Shown piece by piece: positions 13,201 to 24,229 of a DNA stretch of 64,000 bases; position 1 is the first letter of the stretch, and each line of letters opens with the position of its first letter. The stretch lies in contig CAJINV010000002.1 in the NCBI GenBank assembly GCA_905178155.1, positions 11,348,591 through 11,412,590 of the forward strand, given 5' to 3'. Source of the stretch: Amoebophrya sp. A120 (taxonomy: Eukaryota; Protista; Dinoflagellata). Made by a program: the position numbers and the translations under genes. The notes under the pieces are model-generated. The model saw only the letters and a program-made list of their open reading frames with translations, did not search any database and was not told the DNA's origin.

Positions 13201-15268
13201 GCGTCGCTGGGGACCACGCGGCACGCTTCGGGCGAAGCGTTTCGCGACGGGGACCTACGGAGAGACACGACACGAAGCTCATAGCTTCGCCGTCGCGTCG
13301 GCAGGGACCGTATATACGCTTCGCTTGAAGCATGCCCCAATGGTGGCCCAAGAGGTAGCACCAAGCTCCTGTGGAGAGGGTGCCTGGGTCACACAGCAGG
13401 CTTCGTGGAAGCGTGGCGCGACGGGGGGACCACAGAGCGGACACCAAACCCTTGCAGGGTTGGTGTCGACAGGGACAGGGACCGCGCAGAACGCTTCGTG
13501 AGAAGCGCGCCCCGAGGGGGACCTGCGGAGACCAACACACCACACCGAGCCGTGGTGGAGTTGATGTCGACGGGGACAACGAACACGCTTCGCAAAAGCG
13601 CGTCGCGATGGGGACTTACGGAGACGCGCGACACCAAACCTGTAGCAAGTTTGCAACACGCGTCGGCGGGGACCACGTGGCACGCTTCGCGTGCCAGAGT
13701 ATGGCCGGGAGCGTGGCAGAGTATGGCCGGCGCGTCTTCACTGGAGTGCACCTGCGTGCCAGCACCTCCAGCTTAGACCTCCAAGGCGTGCGCCTCAGCT
13801 CTCGCTGCAGCACCACCCCGGGGTGCGTCGCATACATCTGCCGCCTCGCGCGCCTTCACTGGAGTGCACCTGCTTGCCAGCACCTCCAGGGAAACGACAA
13901 CACGCGCCCGGCGCGCGCCGTTGCCCCTACAGCGGTGTCGCTCCCGTTAGCTGGCAGCGCTTAACCTCATTTCGCTATTGATCGATATGTTGGACGCGAA
14001 ATACCAAATAAATTTCAATACCTTCTCAAACGTCCGTGCCTTCTTCCGAGACTGTGCTCCCCGAGGCAGAGTTTGAGCAAGTAGTCCTCAGACAGCACCT
14101 CCGGTCTGCAGCCGTGGCAGGTGAGCAGCCGCGCAATGTACTCCGCCGAGAAGATAATGACGCACACGACCTCCATCTGGTCAAAGACCGGCAACTGCTT
14201 TGGTATACAGTCGTCGCGGCAGTACTCAAAGGTCGCCAGGGGCCACGCCTGCCGGTGCACGGTGTCTACGTTGCAGGTGGTTTCGCACGCGGTGTTGGGC
14301 CACACCTTGAACTCGGGCAGGGTGGCCACGATGAAGAGGATGGAGGAGAACATGATGGTCGCGAGCAGGAAAAAGGACAGCCACTTGGCGAGCCGGCAGC
14401 TGGAGGGGTCCTCGAACACCATGAAGACCCGCTCCATGGTGGTGAGCTGGATGAAAAAGCTGGAATTTTTCCACACGGCCACGAACTCCCACCACCCCAC
14501 CACGTATCAACGGTAAAAGTGTCTGGATCTGGAAGATTCTGACACTTGTCATGCACGTTTTGCATGGGCCATGATGTCTGTGATGCATACCCTAGCAATA
14601 CAGATTTTTTGAGGGCTTCTTGATGCGTATTCCGCATGCCAAATGCCTTCTCAGCGTAGCAAAAACTGCATTCCCTTTGCTGGTACTCATGCAATCAAGA
14701 ATTTTTTGGAATCCAGATGCAGCATCACAAGTTGCATTCTTCCAGACCCAGACATTTTTACATTTGATACCGCGCCGCTGCCGTCCACGTCGTAGTGCTC
14801 GGAGCGGAACACCGTGTCCTCGTCCCCGATCACTTTCAGCACCCGCCGCATGGCCCGCTCGAAGTGCTGGATGTGGATCTCGTCGGCGTTGGACGGGTGG
14901 ATACTAAACCGGTCGGACAGGGTCTGGAACAGCTTCCGGAACAGTCCGAGCCCCAGTTCTAACTTCGCGGGGGGAAGCATGCTCTGGTTCTCGCCGTCCA
15001 TGTTTAGAAAGTCGAACCGGGACAAATCCACCGGGGGCAACGCCCGTATCGGCGCCTCGTCGTCCGTCATCTTTTTCAGGAACGAGTCCCCCGACTGGGA
15101 CACCGAGCGGAGCTTCCCTTGCTCCATCACCGGGTCCACCTGCTTCTTGTTCGTATTGTAGTTTGTAGAATTGGACCCAGGGGTCTCCGTGCGCGGTGTT
15201 GGGTCCTCCATCCCCGGTCCGCCGCCCGGACTGATCTGGTCCTTGTTGCCGCCGAAAAAACTACTCAT
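7276..15268 (-). CDS. Voltage-gated potassium channel with N-terminal EF-hand and C-terminal C2 domains (multi-exon)
   Basis: EF-hand DVDGSGAV|GWWEF is rebuilt across an introner. S4 is LRVVRLTRLFRFMK and the pore is TTVGYGD. Canonical GT-AG introns 14021-11802 and 11203-9055 join in frame to C2-like segments (RRIQIEVYDEN...FLGEV; LTVKIIRARYL...VNPVWNEEVSF). The link to the C2 exon is inferred. Confidence 0.8.
9234..11047. mobile_element. Putative non-autonomous TIR DNA element (~1.8 kb) inside a canonical intron
   Basis: Imperfect ~70-bp TIRs (tttactgaaaaggcgacgggggggatctgtctg... / ...cagaatagcccccccgtcttgtcggtaaa). Internal repeats of cttcgtgcacgcgaaggtatgg in both orientations. Degenerate ~45-bp tandem repeats at ~10810-10960. 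No recognisable protein. Confidence 0.6.
12287..12578. other. Assembly gap (N run)
   Basis: 292 Ns; flanks 11979-12286 and 12579-12886 are identical. Confidence 0.99.
12639..13995. repeat. GC-rich intronic insert with degenerate internal repeats (probable mobile-element remnant)
   Basis: Recurrent cgcgacggggacc...cgcttcg units and a duplicated cttcactggagtgcacctg...ccagcacctcca. Flanked by a 60-bp copy of the host exon end. Confidence 0.5.
14505..14769. mobile_element. Introner family A (265 bp)
   Basis: TIR tatcaacggtaaaagtgtctggatctggaag / cttccagacccagacatttttacatttgata. DR ccacg / ccgcg (1 mismatch). Removal rebuilds the EF-hand. Confidence 0.93.
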
Positions 15269-15279
15269 GATATTCCGCT

Positions 15280-15561
15280 TATCCTGTGTAAAAACGTCCC
15301 CACCCCAGAGTTGTCATGCAGATTTGCAATTGCAGGAACATTTGTAATGCGCGTCCCCAAGGGAGGCGCTTCCAATCGTGTTTTGGCATTTGTAATGCTG
15401 CAAAAAGGATAGGCAGATGGATTTGTGATGCGGCTGTCCAGCATGCTAATATGCACTACATTACGGACTGCAACTTGTCATGCGTGGCTCCCAAAACTTA
15501 TGGATTTGTGTTGCTACGTTCCCAACTTGACTATGGGGTGGGGACGTTTTTGCATATGATA
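15280..15561. mobile_element. Introner family C (282 bp), in the probable 5' UTR of the K channel gene
   Basis: TIR tatcctgtgtaaaaacgtccccacccca / tggggtggggacgtttttgcatatgata. DR ccgct at 15275-15279 and 15562-15566. Confidence 0.9.
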
Positions 15562-17188
15562 CCGCTGGTGCTGTCTTCATCCGGTTAAGGCACACTCCTG
15601 CTGCAACAAGGTTGATGTCTCCTGCTTCATGCGATCAGATGAGATCCGGCTGAGGAGGGCCGCTGAGAAAATCCGACGGAGGCATACATAATTGTATCAA
15701 TTTTTGGCAAAATTGACGTCAAGGGGCAAGGGGGGCCGCTAAAAGTAGAGGTATAATGTAACACTAACATATTCGAGTGGAAGCCCGAAATTTAGTAAGG
15801 GTGAATTAGGACGGAGGGTGATTCAATGTGGTTCCTGTTAGCAAGTTTCATCAAGTTCAAAAGAACGTGAAAACGAGAAGGAGGTCGCAAAAGCAAAACC
15901 GAATACTCAGGATTGAATTCTGTGCGTCTGCGTGGTACTTTGACGCGCGACAACGGAGAGGACGACGAGCAAAAGTTTTCCATGGGCGCAGCACTGCGCC
16001 TGCTTTTCTATCGTCGTACGATAAAACTATCCATTGAGGGGACAGAGCCTCTACTTCCTTGTTGGACGACGTCTTGACATCTAACCGAGCCATCGTCTGC
16101 AGCCTACTTATATGTATCTCTGGACGAACCGAGGTAAGGAACTTCATGGCTCGATTTTCAATACTTAATATGCGACCGATTTATGTCATTATCAATTTCA
16201 ATAAGCAAAAATTAGTTCATTCAGGAAAAATCAAACAACCAGCGCTGTCTTCATCTGTCCCATGTCGTGCTGGTATGAGACAAGAAAAAAAAGAAAGGAT
16301 ATTCCAGGATGAGAGAAGTAGAGAATAGGACTTTATTAACCTGAGCAAATAATCGTTTGTCCATTTACTTAGATTGATCTCGACCTTGTTACTCAGGAGT
16401 TCTTGGGGAGCGGAAGAGAAGATAGGGGTAGGGTTGCTACCTTATGTCATAACTATAAATATTACTAACTGGTCAAAGAATTCGGAGTTGGTGCTCGGTC
16501 AGCGTCAGGAAAGAATGAGAAAGAGAAACAAAAAGAAAATGTGAAGAAATAAAAAATAAAATGCGAAAAAAGTGAATGCGTATGCTAAAATCTAAATTAC
16601 GTGAAAAGCAAAAAGGAAAATGAAGTGGAGACGAGGTATGTACTGACAGCAACCAATGAATGTGGTGCAGCCAACAAAGGTACTCGTACTTATCCGTAAA
16701 AAAGCTTGCTAGATTCGATTCCCATTCCACCTAGGAAAGCTGGTCAAGCAAGTTCATACTGTCCTCGACAATCCGCTTGATGCGAGAACCTCCAGGTTGT
16801 AATCTTAATCTGCAACTGCAAGTGGTCCACCGAGCACTTCTTGTATATGTACTTTCGGTCATCTTCCACTTCCTGTCTGCTTGATAAGATATGCCTTTGT
16901 TTTGGCTCATCTGCCCTCGTCGTGCGTGTCTACGGCATCAAGCGCAATGCAAAAAGTTAACATATACTCGTCCTGCAGAGACTACTATATCAAAAAGACA
17001 GAAAGAGAGGAGAGCGTGAGGCTCTATCACCTCTTTTTCTTTGAGTTTGACGTGTTCTACTTCTACTTCTTGTAAATAAACAACTACCTACCGTACAGGT
17101 TTAGCGTAACTACTGAAACGAAAGAATTAGAACTCAAGTGAAAATTAGTATTGTACCCGCAGAGCTACACCTACGACAGCTATGATGC

Positions 17189-20100
17189 TCACCGTGAGAG
17201 GTCGAGTTCCAGAGCGGCGTGTATTTTGTCTAGTACGTCGGTCATGCGGTTGAGCTTCCCCTCGACTGTATCCATTCGCCCGTTGAGTGCGTCCATCTGC
17301 CCGTGCAGAACACGAGCTGCGTCTCCGCCGCCCACTGAGACTGTAGAAACGGCTCCTCCGTCGCGGCTTTGCGCCCTGCTGAGGCTAGGCGTTTCGGCGC
17401 TGTCCTCTACATCTCCTGGAGCTGGACCTAGTGTCAGTTTGTTTTCAGCGAGCGTACATACTCCTATATGGCCGGACAAAAGTCCTTAATTCCGGATTTT
17501 GCTAGCGATAAAAATAGATAATTTTTTCTATAAATTGAGTGGGTGCGAATTCGGCAGAGCACAGACTCGATGCGCTCAAAGGCCGCAGGTCTTTGTGTTT
17601 TGGTCTCGAGATCATTTCCATCTGGCAGCATTTTTTTTATGATTGCACGAATGCGAACAGTGGGCGTTGCAGTTCTTGCACTTGGGGCGCCCACGCCTCC
17701 GCAAGAAAGCAAACAAACTCGCATGGGCCGCCTTGTATCCAGCGTCTACGAACTAGCTGGCCCATGAGGCATCTTGACCAGTGAGCACGCCGTTCCTGGC
17801 GGGTGCGCCAATAGATGTAGGACCGGCCCCCAGCAGGCCTGCTGCTCCGACACTATTGGGTTGCCAAACATAGGGCAAACCCGCCACGGCCAGGGCGATA
17901 GAACCAAGCTCGCCAATTAATTTGCAGAAAAAAGGGCGACGGCCCAAGCGCGGCGGCGTTCAATTTAATTGATTTCCTAAGGCCGGGCGGCAATAGAATA
18001 GAGGCGCGAGGCCAATAGACTAAGAGGCGCGAGGCCACTAGACTAGAGGGCGTGGGCTTCTGTGATAGTGCTCGCGGGCGCTGGGAAATCAATTAAATTG
18101 AGGGTCGCCACTTTGCAACCCGCCGCCGGCGAGCAGGCAAACCATGCGAAAACAGCGAAGCCAGCGACAGCTCTGGCGCTGCGATCGCCACGATATTAAA
18201 GCAAAACGGCCCCCCGCCTTCGCGCGGCGGCGCCCTGGCGAGCGCCCACCCAATTGGCGCAGTTGCCCGGGGCGGCGTCTCACGCAGATTCTCTTCGGGC
18301 GCAGCAACAGGAAGGCCCCCGCCGTTTTACCCTGCGGCGCGCAATGGGGATCGTTGGCAATCAAGCTAAAGCCCTCCGAAGGCAGCGCGCTTGCCTATTG
18401 TGTGGCGCTTGTTGTTCTACACCTCCTGGAGCTGGACCTAGTGTCAGTTGTTTTTTCCAAAGGTAAGTCCATTAGTAGAAGATGCACCGTATCCAGCGAG
18501 CGTACATACTCGTACTCCTACTCCAGGTCACAAATATTTATAACGATTAAGGCGAGCTGCTTCACTTAGTAGAAGCAACATCAGAATACGAGTAGGGGCG
18601 ATCGTCTTCTAGTAGGTTCAGTGTATGCATGCTCCAGCAGTGGTTTTCTTTTTTTCCATTCGTGCAAAACACGTGATGTCACCTTTCCGTTCTAATACAC
18701 CATCCATTGCTGGTCGAAGCAAGAATAGATCAGCTAGTATTGCTTCGACCAGCAAAAATAAGTACTAAAACGCAGAGTGCTCCGTACTAGCTTCTCCTAG
18801 AGCTAGACCCAGAGTGGTCACAGTCATAATTTCATCTGGCACCAGTTGGAAGTTCATCTTCATCATCATCTTCATCTGCTATACGACGGGGGAACAAGTA
18901 TTAATTAATAGGTACCTGACGCTGCCGCGGGCGGGAGAAGGGATTTCGATCTTGTCCTGCTTCCGCCGGACAAACCTCCGGAGGCTAGCTGCATCCGGTG
19001 TGACGTGAGCATTTTTTGCACGTCGTTTTTCGTTTGCTTCGCTATCTTCAACACCTTGGTGAGCTCAATCGGCGCCTCGGACGTGACGCGCTCCCGCATC
19101 AGGTCGCAGAACTCGTCAATCCCGACGGAGTTGTCCCCGTCCACGTCCAGCGTGTCGAATAACTGCACCGGGGATTCGTTGCCCAGGAAATGCTGCAACT
19201 CCACCTCTATCTCCGGGTTCGTCTCTAATCCCTCGAGTATGGCGTTCTCAAATGTTACATTCTCAACTGTTACATGAATTTGTCATGCAAGAACAGCAAA
19301 AGCGAACGCGGGAAGATTGCGCGCTTTGCATTACAAATTTGGAGCAGATCCAGGTGGTGTTTAGCCCTTCGAGAATTTGTCATGCGAAACACCTTGATCG
19401 TGTGGCGGCTTATGGTCATTTTGCATGACAAATCATGTAACAGTTGAGAATGTAACATTTGAGAACGCCATATCGAGCAGCTCCTCCTTGGAAATCTCGC
19501 CGGACCCGTCCCTGTCGAGCAGAACGAAGATTGCTTTGATTTGCGGCATATGCATTGCAAAAGCATCGTATTCGTACTAGTACAAATTGCATTACAAATT
19601 TTATCAGAAAGAAAAATGGAATTTGTAATGCTAATTGAGGTAAAAAGGTAGGTTTGTCATGCAAGATTTTTTTTTTTTCATTGGGCCCCGCTATTTTTCG
19701 CATATATCAAATTCATCACTAAGTTAGGAGGCCGGTGGCCGTTGCCTAACATGTGATGCAGTTCTACGAATTCACCTGCCTGCCGCAGCAGGTATCAGGG
19801 CCGACACCTTTCACACAGTTGAGCAGAGCGCGTTTATACCATCTTTTTTGTTTTTGTTTTTCTCTTACTTTCGACGCCCGGTCTTGCAGGACTCTCGTCC
19901 TGTGGTCTCTTGGGCTGTATACTGCTTGTCATGCAAGATTGCAATTAGTACGAGTACGATACTTTTGCACAGGATACGGCATCATCTGCTCCAGCTTTTT
20001 TTTCGCGTACACCGCGTTCACCTCCTTGTCATTCTTCGACGATTCCAGCGCGTTCTCGACGAGCACGGCGGTGACCAGGTTCATCATCGCGATACTGACC

Positions 20101-21059
20101 GCGAGGATGAAGGGCACAAAGTAGAAAAAGTAGGCGGGTTGGAACTTGATCATGGGGGCGTAGATGCGGTTTATGCTGTCCAGCGTGACGAAAGACAGCA
20201 GGGTGAGCATCACCGAAAAAAGACTGTCAAAGTCCTCGTCCATCAGCTGCTTATACGTGCCGGCCGGCGCGTAGGTCCCGTCGTCCCCGTGAATGTAGTG
20301 CTGCCTGTTTTTCGTGATCAACTCCACTCCCAGCACGGCAAAAAGGTACACGGTCCCAGCGATCAGAATGAAGGTGAACATGATGGTGTCCGCGGAGGTC
20401 AGCAACCCCCGGACCAGCATCCACAGGGTCTTGAAGGTGATGATCAACCGCACCGCTCGGGCCAACCGCAGTAACCGCAGCACGCGGAGCACCATCAGGG
20501 GCTCCAACGCAGAGGGGGTGTCGGCGAAGATGATGGGGAGCACCCACTGGGAGACCACGCCCACCACCACCAGAAAGGTATCGAACACGATCCACCCGGA
20601 GGATTTTAGACTTTTCATGACCCCGAAAGCAAAAAAGCGCGCGGACAACTCGACCACGTAGATGAAGAGGAACATGTTCTCGATCACGGTGAACGCGTCG
20701 GTGTTTTCGTCCTCGACGTTCAATTGCGTTTCCCACCCGATGGTGAGAGAATTCAAGATGATGATCACGCCAATCCACACATCGAATTTCTGCTGGTTCA
20801 AAAAAGAGGCCACGATGGCGCGGTAGTATTCCTTCTTCTTCTCAAACTCGGTCATGTTGGACTGATCCACTATTTGCACCGCCATCGTCCCCCGTAGCGT
20901 CTCCGCGTCTTTCGCCTCCTTTTCGCGCTTCAATGCTTGCGTAGGCAGTTCGAGTTCCGACGTCATCTTTCGGCCTCCAGCAGCACCTCCTCCGGGCGAC
21001 GTCGGGACGATCGTGGAAGTCTTGCTGTGTTGTGGCATGTTGGGTAATTGGTCAGCCAT
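17189..21059 (-). CDS. Single-domain voltage-gated Na/Ca-type cation channel with two C-terminal EF-hands (3' exons uncertain)
   Basis: 6-TM ion transport domain with S4 LRVLRLLRLARAVR, filter FVTLDSI and S6 MNLVTAVLVEN. After introner removal: EQMMP|QIKAIFVLLDRDGSGEISKEELLE|GLETNPE...LDVDGDNSVGIDEF. Confidence 0.85.
19238..19472. mobile_element. Introner family D (235 bp)
   Basis: ~40-bp TIR tatggcgttctcaaatgttacattctcaactgttacatga / tcatgtaacagttgagaatgtaacatttgagaacgccata. DR tcgag. Confidence 0.95.
19549..19976. mobile_element. Introner family E (428 bp)
   Basis: Imperfect TIR tatgcattgcaaaagcatcgtattcgtacta / tagtacgagtacgatacttttgcacaggata. DR cggca at 19544-19548 and 19977-19981. Removal restores the frame. 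Confidence 0.88.
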
Positions 21060-22197
21060 GCTTGCTGGTCGTGGGAGCGGGAGGCGAGTCCGAGTCGATC
21101 TTTTTCCACCACCTTCCTTTATTTACCTTTGGACTTGGAGGGTGATACAGAAATAAAAAGTAAAAATGGCAGCTGTTTTATTATTCGTGTTTTTGATCTT
21201 CCAGCTCCTGCACAGAATATCACCCGTCGTCCGGTTTGCGTGCCATTGGACCGGATCGATTGCGTCTTCTTGTTTTTTGTTCTTGCAAGGAACTACTGAT
21301 GATCAAATTTCAACTTCCTAAAGTAGACGCTTGCCCGACGAAACAGCCACGCTGTAACGTCTTTAACTTTATGGGGGCATCAAAGTCACGGGCTATCCGC
21401 GGAGGGGAACTGGTTTCTTCAATGAGTACTGCCATATCGTGCACAAAATCCATCCGTCCAAGGAAACAAACATACCCCGTAAGGGAAGGAACGCACGACA
21501 GCCACGATTTACTTTTTGCACGAATTATACGACTGGACGACAACAAACGAAACCGCGCGTGAGAAGGTGATTGTACGTACCGATTTTAGCTTTTTCTTTC
21601 TGGTTGGCCTTTCATCGATAAAAACCGATGCACTTATTTCGTCTAAATGCCGATTTTGTGCAGCTTTTCCGCCACCTAATTTTTACTAGTATCGCATTAC
21701 GAAGTACTTTTACCGATATTCTGATGAGTTTTGTTCTCTTTTTTGTTCTATCGTTCTTTATTTGATACAAGCACAGCTTCGCACCGACCGTCTGCGAGCC
21801 AAAGGGTGCGACCAAGACCTATGCGGTGACCGAACAAGATGACTGCGTTAGCGCCGATCAACATTTATAGAAGAAGTTTCGTGGGGGGCTGTACGTAGTA
21901 GTTCTTCATCAGCGCACGTGGACGCTAGTTGCGGACGCACGCGATTTCATCAAAAAATTTCATTTGGTGCACGTTCTATGTTTACACAGTTGTAGGTTTC
22001 TTTTGTCATTCCGTTCTTGATGTTGCATCATCGTCCTGATCATAATATCTTTAGTTCACAACATCAAGAAACATGTTCCTGTTCATACAGATACATGACA
22101 TATCGCCGAGACGAGGAGAAGCATCGGCATTGAAAGATGAACAAGAAGAGGACCACGGCATCCAGAAACACCACTTCCAACGACCAGTCACCGCTCC

Positions 22198-23452
22198 TCA
22201 GCCTTTCACAATCGTTTGATACACGAAGCCGAAGTCTTTATCGCCGCTTCCCTTTTCCACAATGGCCTCGTACTCCGCTAGCGCGTTTTTTGCGAAGTGC
22301 ACCTTGCATGCGGCTTGGTCGGCGTTCTCAATGGCTAGCTTCAAATCCTTCACCATTAGCGACGTTTTGAAACCGTTCTCGTACTCCCGGCTCGCCGGTG
22401 CGTTGGGCAACACGCCGGGACAGGGATTGCCGACGTCCCCAGCCCAACAACGGGCACTACTTTTGTTCATTACGTTGGAGAGCAGAGTCGGGTCCATGCC
22501 TGTATTTGAGTTTTTTCATCATTGGATGTTACTGGCTAAGAATCAACAAGAACGTGAAGTCGTGAAGGAGCAGGAACATGCAACGTAATACTGAAGTCGT
22601 CTAGCAGCTGCTTAGCGTTGTTACTGGAGGAGCCGGAACCTGGCGCTGGACTACAAATAGTACATTTATTAAGCGGTGGTCGCAGAAGAATTTACAACGT
22701 TCCCTTGTCTACTTACCAAGTTTGACTCCGAGCGCCAAGGCTTCCGAGACAGAGATCATTTGCACGGCTAAGGCCATGTTGTTGCAGACTTTGGCCACGG
22801 ATCCGGTACCGCTGGGGCCGCAGTAGAACACGTTTTTGCCCATCGACGAGGCCAGCAGAAATTTTTCCGCCCGGGAAAAGGCGGGCTCGCTGCTGGCGCC
22901 GCACATAAACGCCAGGGTGCCCGCCGTTGCACCCGCCACGCCCCCGGAAACAGGTGCGTCTACCATGTCGAACCCGCGCTGCTTTCCCTCCTCGCCGAGC
23001 GCCTTCGCGAAGGACGGCGCAATGGTCGTGCCATCGATGAGGAGGCACGCCGGTTTCGCGTGCTGGAAGAGCCCCTCCGCTCCGCGGTACACCTCCTCGG
23101 TGGTGTCGGTGTTAAACAACATGGTGAACACCACATCGCATTCCTCGGCGATCTGCTTCACGGAGCTCGCTCTGTGCGCACCCGCAGCGGCCGCTAACTC
23201 CACCCTCTCGGGATATTTGTCCAGCGCGAAGACCTTGGTCGTACCAGGACCCACACTACTTTCCGTGGCCTTGACCACGTTTTGGCACATTGGCAGACCC
23301 ATGTTCCCAAGGCCGATAAAACCAATGGCCTTGATGGTCTCGTCAAAACCAGTAGTGGTCGTAGTACTGAAGCATCTCCTGGTCGACGACGTCGACGTCT
23401 TGGTAACAGCAACTACCAATAATAGCCGCGTCCGCGGAGGTAGTGAGGTCAT
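22198..23452 (-). CDS. HIBADH: 3-hydroxyisobutyrate dehydrogenase, probable mitochondrial precursor; 2 exons
   Basis: Motifs IGFIGLGNMGLPM, DAPVSGG, AKVCNNM, SSARCW and GFKTSLMVKDL. Canonical intron 22716-22500 (gtaagt...tacag). R/S/T-rich N-terminus; start codon inferred. Confidence 0.93.
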
Positions 23453-24229
23453 GGCGGTCTTTTTGCCTTTACGCCAAAAAAGACGCAACTTCTCTGCCCA
23501 CCATGCCATCGTGAGTAATGTTATGCACGACGGTACGGCGGTCGCGAAAAATCTCATTCCAGGGCTGGCCTCCGTTTGGTTTCGAATCGAAAAACCTTCC
23601 CCGCATGCTATGGCCCCGCCAGGGCCCGCGCCAAGGACAGGCCCTTGGGAGCCCCAAATCGGGCCCATAGCATGCGGATTGGCTTTTTGCTTTTGGCGGA
23701 CTTTGTTTTTTTGTTTTTTTTTTTTGCAAGATGCCGCATCTTCTGGCCTTCAGTCCGCCTCTGAAATGGCGGATTTTGGTGGCGTCTTTTCCGAGGCCCG
23801 AATGTGGGCCAAAATTAGGCCCATACTATGCGGATTCGCTGTTTTTTACGGAGTGCTGCTTTTTGGGCGCCCCTTTTTGGGCGCCCCAAATCGCCAGAAA
23901 CCAAGGCGGTGTGCGCCTCAGAAGGGCGCCCCTTTTGGCGGCTCCCTTGCGTCGTTTTATCAAGCGTGAATCGATAGAATCCGCTCGCGCTTGTTTGACA
24001 GCAAGGCCCCGGCCGCTTGATAAATGGAAATCTTTTATGTCCAAAAACACTTCCGCACGCTTGAAAACTGCCGGTCGTTTTGCGTAATGCATGGCAAAAA
24101 AACCGCTAGATTAGAACGTTCGTGACCTCACTACATACTATTTTTCGTCGTTTAATGATAAGTATAGAACAAAAAATTTTAACGCACACCTCCAGAAACC
24201 TCCACCAACTACAACTCCCGCGACCTCCA

